Positions 18,143 to 27,811 are shown, counted from the first letter of the stretch. The stretch is 64,000 bases of DNA from Crocinitomicaceae bacterium (GCA_044372045.1 JBILSN010000006.1:11390-75389); one strand, 5' to 3'. Program-made: numbers and translations. Notes: generated by a model not told the origin, from the letters alone.

Positions 18143-19423
18143 TTATTTTTGGAGCACATCTTTGCCAATATCTTTTCGAAAATAGGCATCTTCAAAGGAA
18201 ATTTTTGAGATGGTATCATAGCTGCGTTCTAAGGCGCTTTCGAGGTTTTTACCGTAGGAGGTAACCGCCAAAACGCGACCGCCATTGGAGACTACAGAGG
18301 GGCCGTCAGGAAGTGTACCGGCATGAAAGACTAAACTGTCGGTAATGCTATTGAGCCCATAAATCGTTTTACCTTTTTCATATGCTCCTGGATAACCACC
18401 AGCTACCATCATGACAGTGGCTGCACTTTTGTCGTGAAATTGGATATCGCGTTCAGACAAGGTATGGGTGGCTACACCTTCGAAAAGATCGAGAATATCG
18501 CTTTTGATTCGTGGCATAACAACCTCTGTTTCGGGGTCTCCCATTCGACAATTATATTCGATTACATATGGATCTCCTTTGACACTTATAAGACCGAAGA
18601 AGACAAAACCATTATATGTAATTTTCTCAGCTTTGAGGCCTTTTATTGTTGGAATCACTACCCGATTAAGTACTTTATCCATGAAGGCAGCATCTGCAAA
18701 TGGTACTGGAGAAATAGCGCCCATACCGCCGGTGTTGAGGCCGGTGTCGCCTTCTCCGATGCGTTTGTAGTCTTTAGCTTCTGGTAAGAGTTTAAAAGAT
18801 TCGCCATCTGTAATGGCAAAAACGGAGAGTTCGATCCCGTCTAAAAATTGTTCAATAACTACTTTTGCACTGGCTTGACCAAATTTAGCACCTACTAACA
18901 TTTCTTCGAGTTCGCGTTTGGCTTCTTCGAGTTCATCGATAATCAAAACGCCTTTGCCAGCTGCTAGGCCGTCGGCTTTAAGGACATAAGGTCCTTTCAT
19001 GGCATCTAAAAAACGCAAGCCTTCGGTTAGCGTTTTTGCCTCAAAAGTGCCGTATTTGGCTGTTGGAATACGGTGTCTGGACATAAATGCTTTGGCAAAG
19101 TCTTTGCTGCCCTCTAGTTGAGCACCTTCTTTGCTTGGGCCTATGACTGCCACGTTTCTGAGCGCTGGATCTTGTTGAAAGTAATCGTAAATACCTAAAA
19201 CGAGTGGTTCTTCAGGGCCAACTACTACCATGTCAATGGCATACTGCAGCACTGCTTGTTTAATGGCTTCGAAATCGTTGAGTTTGAGGTCGAGGTTTTT
19301 ACCGTGTTTTTTGGTTCCGGCATTTCCGGGTGCAATGAAAAGCTCGTCGAGGATAGAACTTTGCGAAATTTTCCAGGCAATGGCGTGTTCGCGGCCGCCG
19401 GATCCGAGTAAAAGTACTCTCAT
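18143..19423 (-). CDS. purD: Phosphoribosylamine-glycine ligase
   Basis: LLLGSGGREHA, ATP-grasp core, GGRVLAVT. ATG 19423 forms an ATGA overlap with the purQ stop; the track start at 19429 is TTG. Confidence 0.95.
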   Translation of the reverse strand: MRVLLLGSGGREHAIAWKISQSSILDELFIAPGNAGTKKHGKNLDLKLNDFEAIKQAVLQYAIDMVVVGPEEPLVLGIYDYFQQDPALRNVAVIGPSKEGAQLEGSKDFAKAFMSRHRIPTAKYGTFEAKTLTEGLRFLDAMKGPYVLKADGLAAGKGVLIIDELEEAKRELEEMLVGAKFGQASAKVVIEQFLDGIELSVFAITDGESFKLLPEAKDYKRIGEGDTGLNTGGMGAISPVPFADAAFMDKVLNRVVIPTIKGLKAEKITYNGFVFFGLISVKGDPYVIEYNCRMGDPETEVVMPRIKSDILDLFEGVATHTLSERDIQFHDKSAATVMMVAGGYPGAYEKGKTIYGLNSITDSLVFHAGTLPDGPSVVSNGGRVLAVTSYGKNLESALERSYDTISKISFEDAYFRKDIGKDVLQK

Positions 19424-20109
19424 GAACAATGCGCTAAAATGGATTCAAAAATACGCAAGCCATCGAGATTGTTGAGGTGTTTGTCGGCTGCGCGCTCTGG
19501 GTGTGGCATCATGCCAAATACGTTTTTATTGCGGTTGGTGATCCCAGCGATGTGTAACAAAGTTCCGTTTGGATTGCTGCTGGCGTCTTGACTACCATCG
19601 GCAGCGCAATAGGTAAATAAAATCTGGTCATGGGCTTGCAATGAGGCAATGGTTGCGTCGTCGGCATAAAATCGACCTTCGCCGTGTGCAATTGGAATTT
19701 GATAAGCTTGGTTTGTATTGAGGTCTTGAGATGGTGCTGCACTTTTGCTAACAGGCTTTAAAAAAACGTTTTTACAAATGAACTTTTGGGTATCGTTGTG
19801 AAGTAGAGCGCCTTCTAGTAGCCCTGACTCAGTTAATATTTGAAAACCATTACAGATGCCCATGACGTAACCTCCGGTGTTGGCATGGGCAATGACAGAC
19901 TCCATGATAGGTGAAAATTTGGCAATGGCACCTGAGCGAAGGTAGTCTCCGTAGGAAAAACCACCGGGGAGCACGATGAAATCAGCTCCTTGGAGATCGG
20001 TATCTTTGTGCCATAGCTCGACAACTTCTTGCCCCATTAATTCTTTGAGCACATAGACCATGTCTTGGTCACAATTGGATCCTGGAAAGGTAACAACGCC
20101 AAATTTCAT
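19420..20109 (-). CDS. purQ: Phosphoribosylformylglycinamidine synthase, glutaminase subunit
   Basis: FPGSNCD, GGFSYGDYLR, GICNGFQIL, MPHPER. Confidence 0.95.
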   Translation of the reverse strand: MKFGVVTFPGSNCDQDMVYVLKELMGQEVVELWHKDTDLQGADFIVLPGGFSYGDYLRSGAIAKFSPIMESVIAHANTGGYVMGICNGFQILTESGLLEGALLHNDTQKFICKNVFLKPVSKSAAPSQDLNTNQAYQIPIAHGEGRFYADDATIASLQAHDQILFTYCAADGSQDASSNPNGTLLHIAGITNRNKNVFGMMPHPERAADKHLNNLDGLRIFESILAHCS

Positions 20110-20129
20110 TTTCAGTTTTTAAGATAGTT

Positions 20130-20137
20130 CAAAGTTA
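20130..20137 (-). promoter_or_regulatory. Candidate -7 box TAACTTTG upstream of purQ-purD
   Basis: The reverse strand reads TAACTTTG, 20 nt before ATG 20109. Confidence 0.35.
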
Positions 20138-20151
20138 GTAAAAGTCTAGGC

Positions 20152-21126
20152 TCAAATAGTAAAAAGAATGAATTTTAGCAAAGAGTAGACAAATAATATA
20201 TAAAAAAATAAATGGGAGCTAATCCCTAAACTGCTACTCAGCAGCGCATATGAAAAATAGAATGAAAACGGAAGAATGACCAAGCTTAAAAGACTAATTT
20301 GACCAGCAAGAAAAAAGGCTGAAATGCCTACAAAAAATACAATAAACGCAAAAACGGTGAGGATCTGAGTTTGTTTTTTGAGTTTAAGAGAGGCCTTGAG
20401 TAATCTTGCACGCAAACCAAGCATACTAAAAATAAAGATCGCTAACAAGATGCCAATTTGAAGGTACTCTTGCCAATTGGCTGCATAGCGATTAAATTTA
20501 GGAAGAAAAGCCCAGTTTAAATCTTGCTTGCTTAGGTAGTAATAACTAATTACACCACCAACTGGCATAAGAAACCCGATGATAATCAGTAGGATTTCAC
20601 GGAAGTAAAACCCTCTTATTACCGTAAACATGAGTATTAATAACGGTAGTAACACAATATAATCAGGTACAAACAAAACGCTTATACCAAATACAAAACT
20701 GGAATTAAATGCTTGCTTTTTACCGTTCATTTGGGGCTTGACGCCAAAAAAGAGGCCAACACCAAGAATGCAAAATAGGTGCGCAACAAAAAGCCAACTG
20801 GGCGCTCCCCATGTATGAAAAAAACTCGCAAATATTATATAGTTTAAACTCACTATAAAGGTGTTCTTTTCCAGAAATTCCCGGCTGTTGAATACCCAAT
20901 TTAGGGTTATTGCATTGAGCAGCAACATCAAAAAATGAGCAAACACATGAGCCATTGATAAATTGGCTAAATAGGGGAGTAGTTGGGTATCGTGGTTCAA
21001 GCGTCCAAAAGGAGCTGGGTACCCAAGAAAATAGCTGAAAAGGTATAATGCAAGAATAACCGGAAGTAAGAGCAGAACCCAAACACGGTTGTCTAAAAAC
21101 AATCTGAGCATGTTCAAATTTACCAT
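20152..21126 (-). CDS. Polytopic inner-membrane protein of unknown function
   Basis: About 9 hydrophobic segments and no recognised motif. Two in-frame ATGs (21126 and 21111); a TAAATTTG box at 21122-21115 favours 21111. Confidence 0.6.
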   Translation of the reverse strand: MVNLNMLRLFLDNRVWVLLLLPVILALYLFSYFLGYPAPFGRLNHDTQLLPYLANLSMAHVFAHFLMLLLNAITLNWVFNSREFLEKNTFIVSLNYIIFASFFHTWGAPSWLFVAHLFCILGVGLFFGVKPQMNGKKQAFNSSFVFGISVLFVPDYIVLLPLLILMFTVIRGFYFREILLIIIGFLMPVGGVISYYYLSKQDLNWAFLPKFNRYAANWQEYLQIGILLAIFIFSMLGLRARLLKASLKLKKQTQILTVFAFIVFFVGISAFFLAGQISLLSLVILPFSFYFSYALLSSSLGISSHLFFYILFVYSLLKFILFTI

Positions 21127-21213
21127 TAATGCAATGCCCGTGCTCCTTCTTGTGAATAAGTATGGTCATTTGTTTAAAACATGATAAGTTCTTGTTAATT
21201 CCTTGCTTTTAAT

Positions 21214-21244
21214 CTTGTGTAAAACCTAAAAAATAATATATTTG
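21214..21244 (+). promoter_or_regulatory. Candidate promoter: CTTG, 19-nt spacer, TATATTTG
   Basis: cttg at 21214-21217 and tatatttg at 21237-21244, 27 nt before ATG 21272. Confidence 0.5.
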
Positions 21245-21271
21245 CTTTCCAATTTTTGAAAACAACACAGC

Positions 21272-21652
21272 ATGGATAAGCCAAAAAATCGATACTCAGA
21301 TGCAGATTTAGCAGAGTTTAAAGCTCTCATTCAAAATAAATTGAAAGAAGCACACGAAGATTTCGATCTTTTAAAAGGCTCATTATCACATTCCGATGAC
21401 CATGGTACAGACGACACCGGCCGTACTTTTAACATGATGGAGGACGGTTCAGAAACTTTATCACGTGAAGAAGTTGCCCAATTGGCGGCTCGTCAGGAGA
21501 AGTTTATACAAAGTCTCAATGCCGCCCTTGTGCGTATCCAAAACAAAACGTACGGTATTTGCCGTGTTACGGGTTTACTTATTCCCAAAGAGCGCCTTCG
21601 TTTGGTTCCGCATGCCACCATGAGTATCGATGCCAAAAACGCTCAAAAATAA
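21272..21652 (+). CDS. DksA/TraR family protein with a degenerate zinc finger
   Basis: Coiled-coil region plus the C-terminal YGICRVTGLLIPKERLRLVPHATMSIDAK. There is only one Cys in the whole protein. Confidence 0.8.
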   Translation: MDKPKNRYSDADLAEFKALIQNKLKEAHEDFDLLKGSLSHSDDHGTDDTGRTFNMMEDGSETLSREEVAQLAARQEKFIQSLNAALVRIQNKTYGICRVTGLLIPKERLRLVPHATMSIDAKNAQK

Positions 21653-21655
21653 CGC

Positions 21656-22300
21656 GTGAAAAAAGCACTTGTTTTCAGTGCCATTTTGGTTGCTGTATTG
21701 TTAATTCTTGATCAATGGATCAAATTAACCATTAAAACCCAATTTACCCCAGGTGAATTCAGACCACTGCTCGGTAACTGGCTAATTCTCCACTACACAG
21801 AAAACCCAGGTATGGCTTTTGGCCAAACCTTTGGTGCCAGCATGTGGGCCAAACTTTCTCTTAGTTTATTTCGGATAGTTGCCATCTTTTTAATCGTAAG
21901 ATACATGATCAAGCAAATTAAGTTGGGTGCTTCACGCGAGTTCTTGATCGTTGTTTCGTTGGTTTTGGCCGGCGCAACCGGTAATCTCCTCGACTCCATG
22001 TTCTACGACTTATTTTTTAGCATTGACCCTTGTGTTCCGTTTAATCAGCTGGCTGGTAGTGGCCATAAAGCTGTTTGCTCGGCGGGTCATTTTAAATATG
22101 CTGTTGAACTCAGGCATCAAGGCTTTTTGTTTGGAAACGTTGTAGATATGTTCCAATTTAATGTGCGCTGGCCTGCTAACCTTCCTTATTTGGGTGGTTC
22201 TGATGTATTTCCTGCGATATGGAACTTAGCTGATGGCTGTATTTCAGTTGGCCTTATTTGGGCTATTTTCCGGCAAAAAACGTTTTTGCCTAAAAGCTAG
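21656..22300 (+). CDS. lspA: Lipoprotein signal peptidase (signal peptidase II)
   Basis: ENPGMAFG, GATGNLLDS, NLADGCISVG. GTG start. Confidence 0.9.
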   Translation: MKKALVFSAILVAVLLILDQWIKLTIKTQFTPGEFRPLLGNWLILHYTENPGMAFGQTFGASMWAKLSLSLFRIVAIFLIVRYMIKQIKLGASREFLIVVSLVLAGATGNLLDSMFYDLFFSIDPCVPFNQLAGSGHKAVCSAGHFKYAVELRHQGFLFGNVVDMFQFNVRWPANLPYLGGSDVFPAIWNLADGCISVGLIWAIFRQKTFLPKS

Positions 22301-24753
22301 AAATTCCATTTCATGCTGCGGTCATCGAGCATAGCAAACGATATTTTCCAAGCAGTTGTAGGCGCAATTTGATTTCCATCAGAAAGCACACCGTAAACCC
22401 CAACCCGGAGTCGTCGTCGACTCAGCTTAAAATTGCGTTCTAGTCCTGCGAGTACCTCATAGTGTTGCCAATTGTATTCTTTAATATACATGGCTCCTCC
22501 ACCGAAAACCAATCCGATGCGTGTCTTCTTGAAATACGGTAATTTATTGAGTATTGCACCGTTGTCGTGATGCACATAATGGGCTTGAAATACGTAATCT
22601 ATGGTGCGCAGGGTGGTATCGAAACCTTGAAAGGAGTAGAGCGGGTTAGAAAACCATATCGGGTCGCTGCGGCGCTGAAATTTGAAGTCTGGTTCATAAA
22701 CTGCGCGCGCACTCAAGAATTTTCCTACTGCTGCGCGGTAAGAGGATGTACCCAAAGTGCCAATCTTAAAGTTCTGCATGATTTCCAATTGCAAGTAAGC
22801 GTGGTCTACGGCACTATTGAAAATTTTTGGCAAACCGCGCTCGTAATGAATAGAGAAAGTGGGGTAGGCTGAGCCTAAAACCACTTTTCTGTATGGTTCG
22901 CGCATGTAGCGTTGTTTGGGCGTATATGATGCCCCAAAATTGATAAGGTAAGCGTTATATGGGTCAAATGCTAATGGGTCGTTATTTGGTAAAGCATCAT
23001 CAAGCCCATCTAAAAATTCATATCCTTCTATGCTGCGGCGTTTGGTATACTGAGAATTGGCGTAGGCGTAAAAGCCGTTGAATAACTCATATTCTAGATT
23101 GATATTGAGTTTTGTCGATTCAAAGAAGTTGTCGCGTTTGTAAATCTGTGTTATGGCGTCAAAACCACGAATCACGTCAAAATCATGGGTGAGGGCTACA
23201 CGTAGAAATCCAAAATGAAAGGGATCAAAGCGGTATTTCCACCAGGTGTCTCCTTTCCAATCGCCATTTAAAAAGCCGTAAGTGATGCGTGTATATGAAT
23301 CAAGGGTGCGTTCATCTTTCCATTTTTTAAAATAGTCAAAGCTGGGTGCAACTCTTGGGCCTCCTATACCAATGGGTTGTACTGTAGAGGCCACAGAGCC
23401 GATCGTCCACTGTTGCTTGAGTTCGCGGTTGCGATGGTCTACACCAAACCAAAGTACTTTAAGTACTGTCACTTTATTAAAAACGGCATCTATGCTGTCA
23501 AGGTATTCTTTACGGTTGAGGTAGTCTCGAATGGAATCTTTGGCGCGTATATATTTTACTTCTTCGTCAGTGAGCGCAATGGCGCGCTTTTGCACCCAAT
23601 AGGAGCTGTCTCTTTCATAAGCTTCCTGCTTTGTGACGGCTACTTCTGAATTGAAATATCTTTTGGCATACTGTGGATCAAAGTTGTAATTATTGAAGCG
23701 TGCTTCTGTTTTACATTGGCTCACCTCGTTTTTGTACTTCACACCATAAGTAAGTACTTGATTTTTGAGTATACAAAGGCTGTCTCCTTGAATATGGTAA
23801 TCTTGCTCGATGCGGAAGTAGTCGTAGATGAGTAAATTACCCTTGTTCATGGTGAGGTCTATTTTTTGGACCAACCAAAGAGAGTCTATTACCCAAATAT
23901 AGCCTTCTAATGTGGAGGTAGCCGTGTTGCGTGGGCTAATTTTTATCTTTGAAATTTGGTAGCCATTTTCTTCGTACTTCTCCTCTAATTTATACTTGTA
24001 GGCAATAATTCCAGGAGCAGAAATTGGAGAGCTCACGGGTGTTTGGTGAAGGTCGTCGAGGTGTAGGAGGTTTTCAAAGAAGTTAAAATTTGATTTAACG
24101 GTGGTCGTGTAATATAATTGTGAAACATCGCCTAGCGCTTTGTAGGCATTGCGGATTTCTTTCACTTGATTTGGCGGTGCATATGAGCGGTGGAGTTCCA
24201 CTTCTACTAGTTGTAATTTATTGAGCCACTCCGGTTCTTTGTTCAGATTTTCTATAGGGTCCTGATCGGTTTTATCGTTTTCTTTTTTAGGTTTGGCTGT
24301 ATTTTCTCGTTGTTCGGTGGCTTTGATATAGACGTCGACCTCATGCGGATACGACCATTGATTAAGCTGCTCGCGGTGTGCCACCACTTTCATAATTTTG
24401 TCTCGCCCTACATTCGATTTTTTAGCACTTACCCGAACATCTTGAACGTCAGTCAAGCGCATAGGGAATAACTGCATATTTTGTTTGGCATCTGCATCGC
24501 GCATGCCCAGATAAAACTCACGGTCTTGGTAACCTTCGGCGGTAAAAACAAGGTAGTATTCTCCGGGGTTGAGAAACATTTCAAAGTAGCCTTTGGCATC
24601 GGCAACCGTGCGCAGGTCGGAAGCGTTTTTCACAAAGATTTCTGCACCTGCTAGTGGGATGTTGCGTTCATTGCTTACAAAACCACTCAAGATTTTTTGC
24701 CCAAACAGAGGACTCACAAGAAAAATAAGGATGAAGAATAAGCTAGTTTTCAC
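22297..24753 (-). CDS. Large outer-membrane protein with an N-terminal carboxypeptidase-regulatory-like domain (DUF5686-like)
   Basis: Signal peptide. GFVSNERNIPLAGAEIFVKN...GYFEMFLNPGEYYLVFTAEGY is CarboxypepD_reg-like. Long beta-rich remainder ending in a C-terminal Phe (MKWNF). GTG start. Confidence 0.7.
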   Translation of the reverse strand: MKTSLFFILIFLVSPLFGQKILSGFVSNERNIPLAGAEIFVKNASDLRTVADAKGYFEMFLNPGEYYLVFTAEGYQDREFYLGMRDADAKQNMQLFPMRLTDVQDVRVSAKKSNVGRDKIMKVVAHREQLNQWSYPHEVDVYIKATEQRENTAKPKKENDKTDQDPIENLNKEPEWLNKLQLVEVELHRSYAPPNQVKEIRNAYKALGDVSQLYYTTTVKSNFNFFENLLHLDDLHQTPVSSPISAPGIIAYKYKLEEKYEENGYQISKIKISPRNTATSTLEGYIWVIDSLWLVQKIDLTMNKGNLLIYDYFRIEQDYHIQGDSLCILKNQVLTYGVKYKNEVSQCKTEARFNNYNFDPQYAKRYFNSEVAVTKQEAYERDSSYWVQKRAIALTDEEVKYIRAKDSIRDYLNRKEYLDSIDAVFNKVTVLKVLWFGVDHRNRELKQQWTIGSVASTVQPIGIGGPRVAPSFDYFKKWKDERTLDSYTRITYGFLNGDWKGDTWWKYRFDPFHFGFLRVALTHDFDVIRGFDAITQIYKRDNFFESTKLNINLEYELFNGFYAYANSQYTKRRSIEGYEFLDGLDDALPNNDPLAFDPYNAYLINFGASYTPKQRYMREPYRKVVLGSAYPTFSIHYERGLPKIFNSAVDHAYLQLEIMQNFKIGTLGTSSYRAAVGKFLSARAVYEPDFKFQRRSDPIWFSNPLYSFQGFDTTLRTIDYVFQAHYVHHDNGAILNKLPYFKKTRIGLVFGGGAMYIKEYNWQHYEVLAGLERNFKLSRRRLRVGVYGVLSDGNQIAPTTAWKISFAMLDDRSMKWNF

Positions 24754-24782
24754 GTCTTAAAGACTGTTAATTCATAGAAAGG

Positions 24783-25034
24783 TTACACTTGATCTTCAAC
24801 TTCCTTTTTTTGTTGTGCCATTTCTTCTAAATGACGCTTCATGCGCTTCATCATCCATTTTTTGGTACCGTACATCAAAAGTGCCATTAAAGGAACGACA
24901 TAATAGGCCAACCAAGTTTGTGCTCCTTCTGTAGCTATTTTGTAGGTAATTGCTAAAAAACTGAGTCCGGCGATTGCCAACCAAAGGTAGCCCGACATTT
25001 TGTTGTACTGACTGATGAAATCTTTATTTGCCAT
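24783..25034 (-). CDS. Small two-TM membrane protein
   Basis: 83 aa with two hydrophobic helices and a charged tail. Lies 1 nt after the lptC-like stop. Confidence 0.45.
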   Translation of the reverse strand: MANKDFISQYNKMSGYLWLAIAGLSFLAITYKIATEGAQTWLAYYVVPLMALLMYGTKKWMMKRMKRHLEEMAQQKKEVEDQV

Positions 25035-25035
25035 A

Positions 25036-25596
25036 CTATTCTATTGTTTCATTTTTATCAATTTGCCATGATCCCACTGGTTTGAGCAGCACATAGGAGC
25101 TGAAGTCTTGTTTGGTTTTGATGCCTTCTCCAAAGACTTTGCCTTTTGGCGAACGTACAATAACAGAAGACCTTGAATAAATACTGCTGTCTTTTTGATT
25201 CCAGAAAAGGGCTTCGGTTTCTAGGGTTTGTTTTTTCTTATGGTTATATAGGCGCACGGAGTCTTTTACCATCAGTTCTCCGGTATTGTAATTGATTTCG
25301 CCGTAAAGCGCACTTAGTGTAGAAACGACATCACCTTTTTCATTGAAAAAATATACCCTCAAGCTATCTTTAATTTTAGTGATTTGTGACTTGCCACGAT
25401 AGGTTTCCGCAAGTGCGGCATGAATCTTTACGCGTGCAAAACCCGATTCTGCATAGGTAAGGATTAAATTTTTTGTGCTTTCGGTGGGAGCGTCGGCCTC
25501 GTAACTTATGCGTTGTACAAGAGCTATATCGTTTTCGCAAGCGCTTATTACTAGCAAAAATGCACTCCCTACTAAATAGGAAAGGAGGGTAGGCAT
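25036..25596 (-). CDS. lptC: LptC-like periplasmic lipoprotein (LPS export)
   Basis: Start re-set to ATG 25596, giving the lipobox-like LLVISAC. Size and the beta-jellyroll-like sequence (GEINYNTGELMVKDSVRLYN...ALFWNQKDSSIYS) fit LptC. TAATG overlap with the upstream gene. Confidence 0.55.
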   Translation of the reverse strand: MPTLLSYLVGSAFLLVISACENDIALVQRISYEADAPTESTKNLILTYAESGFARVKIHAALAETYRGKSQITKIKDSLRVYFFNEKGDVVSTLSALYGEINYNTGELMVKDSVRLYNHKKKQTLETEALFWNQKDSSIYSRSSVIVRSPKGKVFGEGIKTKQDFSSYVLLKPVGSWQIDKNETIE

Positions 25597-26933
25597 TAAT
25601 CGAGCTGGCGCTTGCGGAACCATTTTTCAAAATTAGATGGGGCCAAAATAAGACTTACACGAGCTGCAATGAACTGTTCTTTCCAAATACCGGTAGCTAT
25701 TGTTCGCTGGCCAAAAGTGATGCCCACATTTAGAGAAGACAAGGACACTTGAGCCAGTAGCGGCAAACCAAAACCAACCGTTAAGCCTTGTTCTTCGTAT
25801 TGTAAACCATTTGTTGCATATGGCAAGGTTTGTTGGTAATACCCTAAGCGATAGCTCAATTTTTCGAAGGCTTTAAGCGTTGCAATGTTCTCCACAACTT
25901 TGTATTCTGGTTGAAATTGAAGTCCAATGCTCATGCGGGTGTAATCTTTTTGATCAAAACCTGTGAGAAGGCCTTGGTTCTGGGTCAAAGCACCAAAACG
26001 GCTATAGCTTCCAAAAAGTTGAAGCTCTGGGTGGAGCTCACGGGTTTGACGCTTGTATTTTGGTAATTTCCAAGCATAGCTGAAGCCAAATTGCGTGCTT
26101 TGAGCGAGTTGCGCTGAAAACGCCTCACTACTATTTAAAATGGTATCGTAAGAACTTGGAATGCCAATGGTTGAAGAACTGTAGAGTGCACGTTGATAAG
26201 TGCCACCTAAGGTAAGTTCTGGCTGATAAACCGCACTTAGGCTCAGCGCATGGTTTTTGCCCAGTTGTTGGGTAAAATAGCTGCCAATTTCTGTGTGAAA
26301 TGCACGCATGACAAGCGCATTGCTTTCAAGGCCACCAGCTGTGGAGGCACCTGTAACCAGTACAGAGCTGCGCTCGTTGACCAGCGTACCAAATAGATAG
26401 GAGGCATTGGCGCCGATAGCAAATTTCGTATTTGGTTTCTCGATGAGTCCGAATGAATAACCTACATATAGGTCCTGAATAGCACCCTTTCCGGTATAAT
26501 TGTAACGTATAGTGTCTAGGCCAGTAAATTGGGTCTCGCTGATTTGATAACCGCGCGCGCTAAAAGGGCGTAGGCCAAAAGACAAGCCCATTTGCTTGCG
26601 AATTTTAAATCCCAACGTAAATTGCTCTACCATTGGCGTAGCCGCAAATTGCTGAGCGCTGGCATTGCTGTACCAAGATTGTCTGGAATGGATACTCACA
26701 GTGTAAAGTGTGGCGCCTTTGCTCAGCCTGTTGTAGGAGGCAGGATTAAAGTTATTGAGTATAGAGGAGTCAAATACGTTGACCGTATTTTTACCGAGTG
26801 CATCAAAAATACCATGCCCTTTTGAACTCATTTCACCGAGCCCATAAAAACTTGCGGGTTCTGCGGTAATAGACTGTGCCGATAGCGAGAAATAGAAGCA
26901 ATAGGCTAAAAGAAGTAGGTAAAGTTTATGCAT
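25596..26933 (-). CDS. Outer-membrane beta-barrel (porin-like) protein of unknown function
   Basis: Signal peptide MHKLYLLLLAYCFYFSLSAQ. Alternating beta-strand pattern with Y/F/G-rich turns. Overlaps coaX by 8 nt. Confidence 0.6.
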   Translation of the reverse strand: MHKLYLLLLAYCFYFSLSAQSITAEPASFYGLGEMSSKGHGIFDALGKNTVNVFDSSILNNFNPASYNRLSKGATLYTVSIHSRQSWYSNASAQQFAATPMVEQFTLGFKIRKQMGLSFGLRPFSARGYQISETQFTGLDTIRYNYTGKGAIQDLYVGYSFGLIEKPNTKFAIGANASYLFGTLVNERSSVLVTGASTAGGLESNALVMRAFHTEIGSYFTQQLGKNHALSLSAVYQPELTLGGTYQRALYSSSTIGIPSSYDTILNSSEAFSAQLAQSTQFGFSYAWKLPKYKRQTRELHPELQLFGSYSRFGALTQNQGLLTGFDQKDYTRMSIGLQFQPEYKVVENIATLKAFEKLSYRLGYYQQTLPYATNGLQYEEQGLTVGFGLPLLAQVSLSSLNVGITFGQRTIATGIWKEQFIAARVSLILAPSNFEKWFRKRQLD

Positions 26934-27645
26934 TGGCTTGATAAAGAGCGAAGATTCCTTCTAGGGTTAAATTTTCGTGTACAAAGATGTCATTTTTTTG
27001 GCCTATATCAAAATGCCGTGCATCGCCACCGGTGAGAAATACAAGCAAATCAGGATACGCCTGCTTATAGGTAGCCAATAGGCCTTCGATCTCTTTTTGC
27101 CAACCCAAATACGTTCCTATTTCAAGGCTTTCTGTGCTGTTGGTGCCAATCAGCTGCTGGGTGGGTAGGGCAGCTACCTCTGGCAATTGCGCTGTAAAGT
27201 GCGCCATAGCTTTACTGCGCATTTGTAAGCCAGGACTTATTGAGCCGCCTAGATAGCAATTAGTTGCGTCTAAGAAATCAAATTTAATGCAAGTGCCTAA
27301 ATCAATTGCAAGCCTAGGGTGCTCCTTGTTTTGAATTGACAGCGCCGCAGCATTGCAGAGTCGGTCAATGCCTAGCGTTTGTGGGCTTCGGTAAGCCATA
27401 GAAAACGGAAGCTGAACCATAGTTGTAATTTCAAAAACAGAAATGAAATAAGCGCGCACTTGTTCGAGCAAATACTGCCCAATTACGGACGAACAAGCTA
27501 AGGGGATGTTACGGTCTAGCTTGGATAAAGAAAAGTCATCTAGTGAAAAGCGTTTAACCAACTGAATGACACCATTTTGCACGAGCGCTATTTTCAAATG
27601 GGTATTCCCGGCGTCCAGAAGATAAACTTGGTTTGCAGCACTCAT
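26926..27645 (-). CDS. coaX: Type III pantothenate kinase
   Basis: YLLDAGNTHLKIA, GIDRL, AIDLGT, LTGGDA. Start re-set to ATG 27645; the track start is TTG. Confidence 0.9.
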   Translation of the reverse strand: MSAANQVYLLDAGNTHLKIALVQNGVIQLVKRFSLDDFSLSKLDRNIPLACSSVIGQYLLEQVRAYFISVFEITTMVQLPFSMAYRSPQTLGIDRLCNAAALSIQNKEHPRLAIDLGTCIKFDFLDATNCYLGGSISPGLQMRSKAMAHFTAQLPEVAALPTQQLIGTNSTESLEIGTYLGWQKEIEGLLATYKQAYPDLLVFLTGGDARHFDIGQKNDIFVHENLTLEGIFALYQANA

Positions 27646-27648
27646 GTA

Positions 27649-27656
27649 CAAAAATA
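27649..27656 (-). promoter_or_regulatory. Candidate -7 box TATTTTTG, 3 nt upstream of the coaX ATG
   Basis: The reverse strand reads TATTTTTG TAC ATG. Confidence 0.4.
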
Positions 27657-27687
27657 AGGACCTTTTTTGAACTTTTTTGGTTTTGAA

Positions 27688-27720
27688 CTTGTGTAAAACA
27701 GCAAAAAAGTGTTAAATTTG
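27688..27720 (+). promoter_or_regulatory. Candidate promoter of tRNA-Phe: CTTG, 21-nt spacer, TAAATTTG
   Basis: cttg at 27688-27691 and taaatttg at 27713-27720, 15 nt before the tRNA 5' end. Confidence 0.45.
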
Positions 27721-27735
27721 CCTCCACCAACGGCT

Positions 27736-27808
27736 GGTACCTTAGCTCAGTTGGTAGAGCAAAGGACTGAAAATCCTTGTGTCCCTGGTTCGATTCCTGG
27801 AGGTACCA
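27736..27808 (+). tRNA. tRNA-Phe (anticodon GAA)
   Basis: 73 nt. Acceptor stem GGTACCT/AGGTACC, D-loop AGCTCAGTTGGTAGAGC, anticodon loop CTGAAAA, T-arm GGTTCGATTCC. No encoded CCA. Confidence 0.95.
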
Positions 27809-27811
27809 CTC

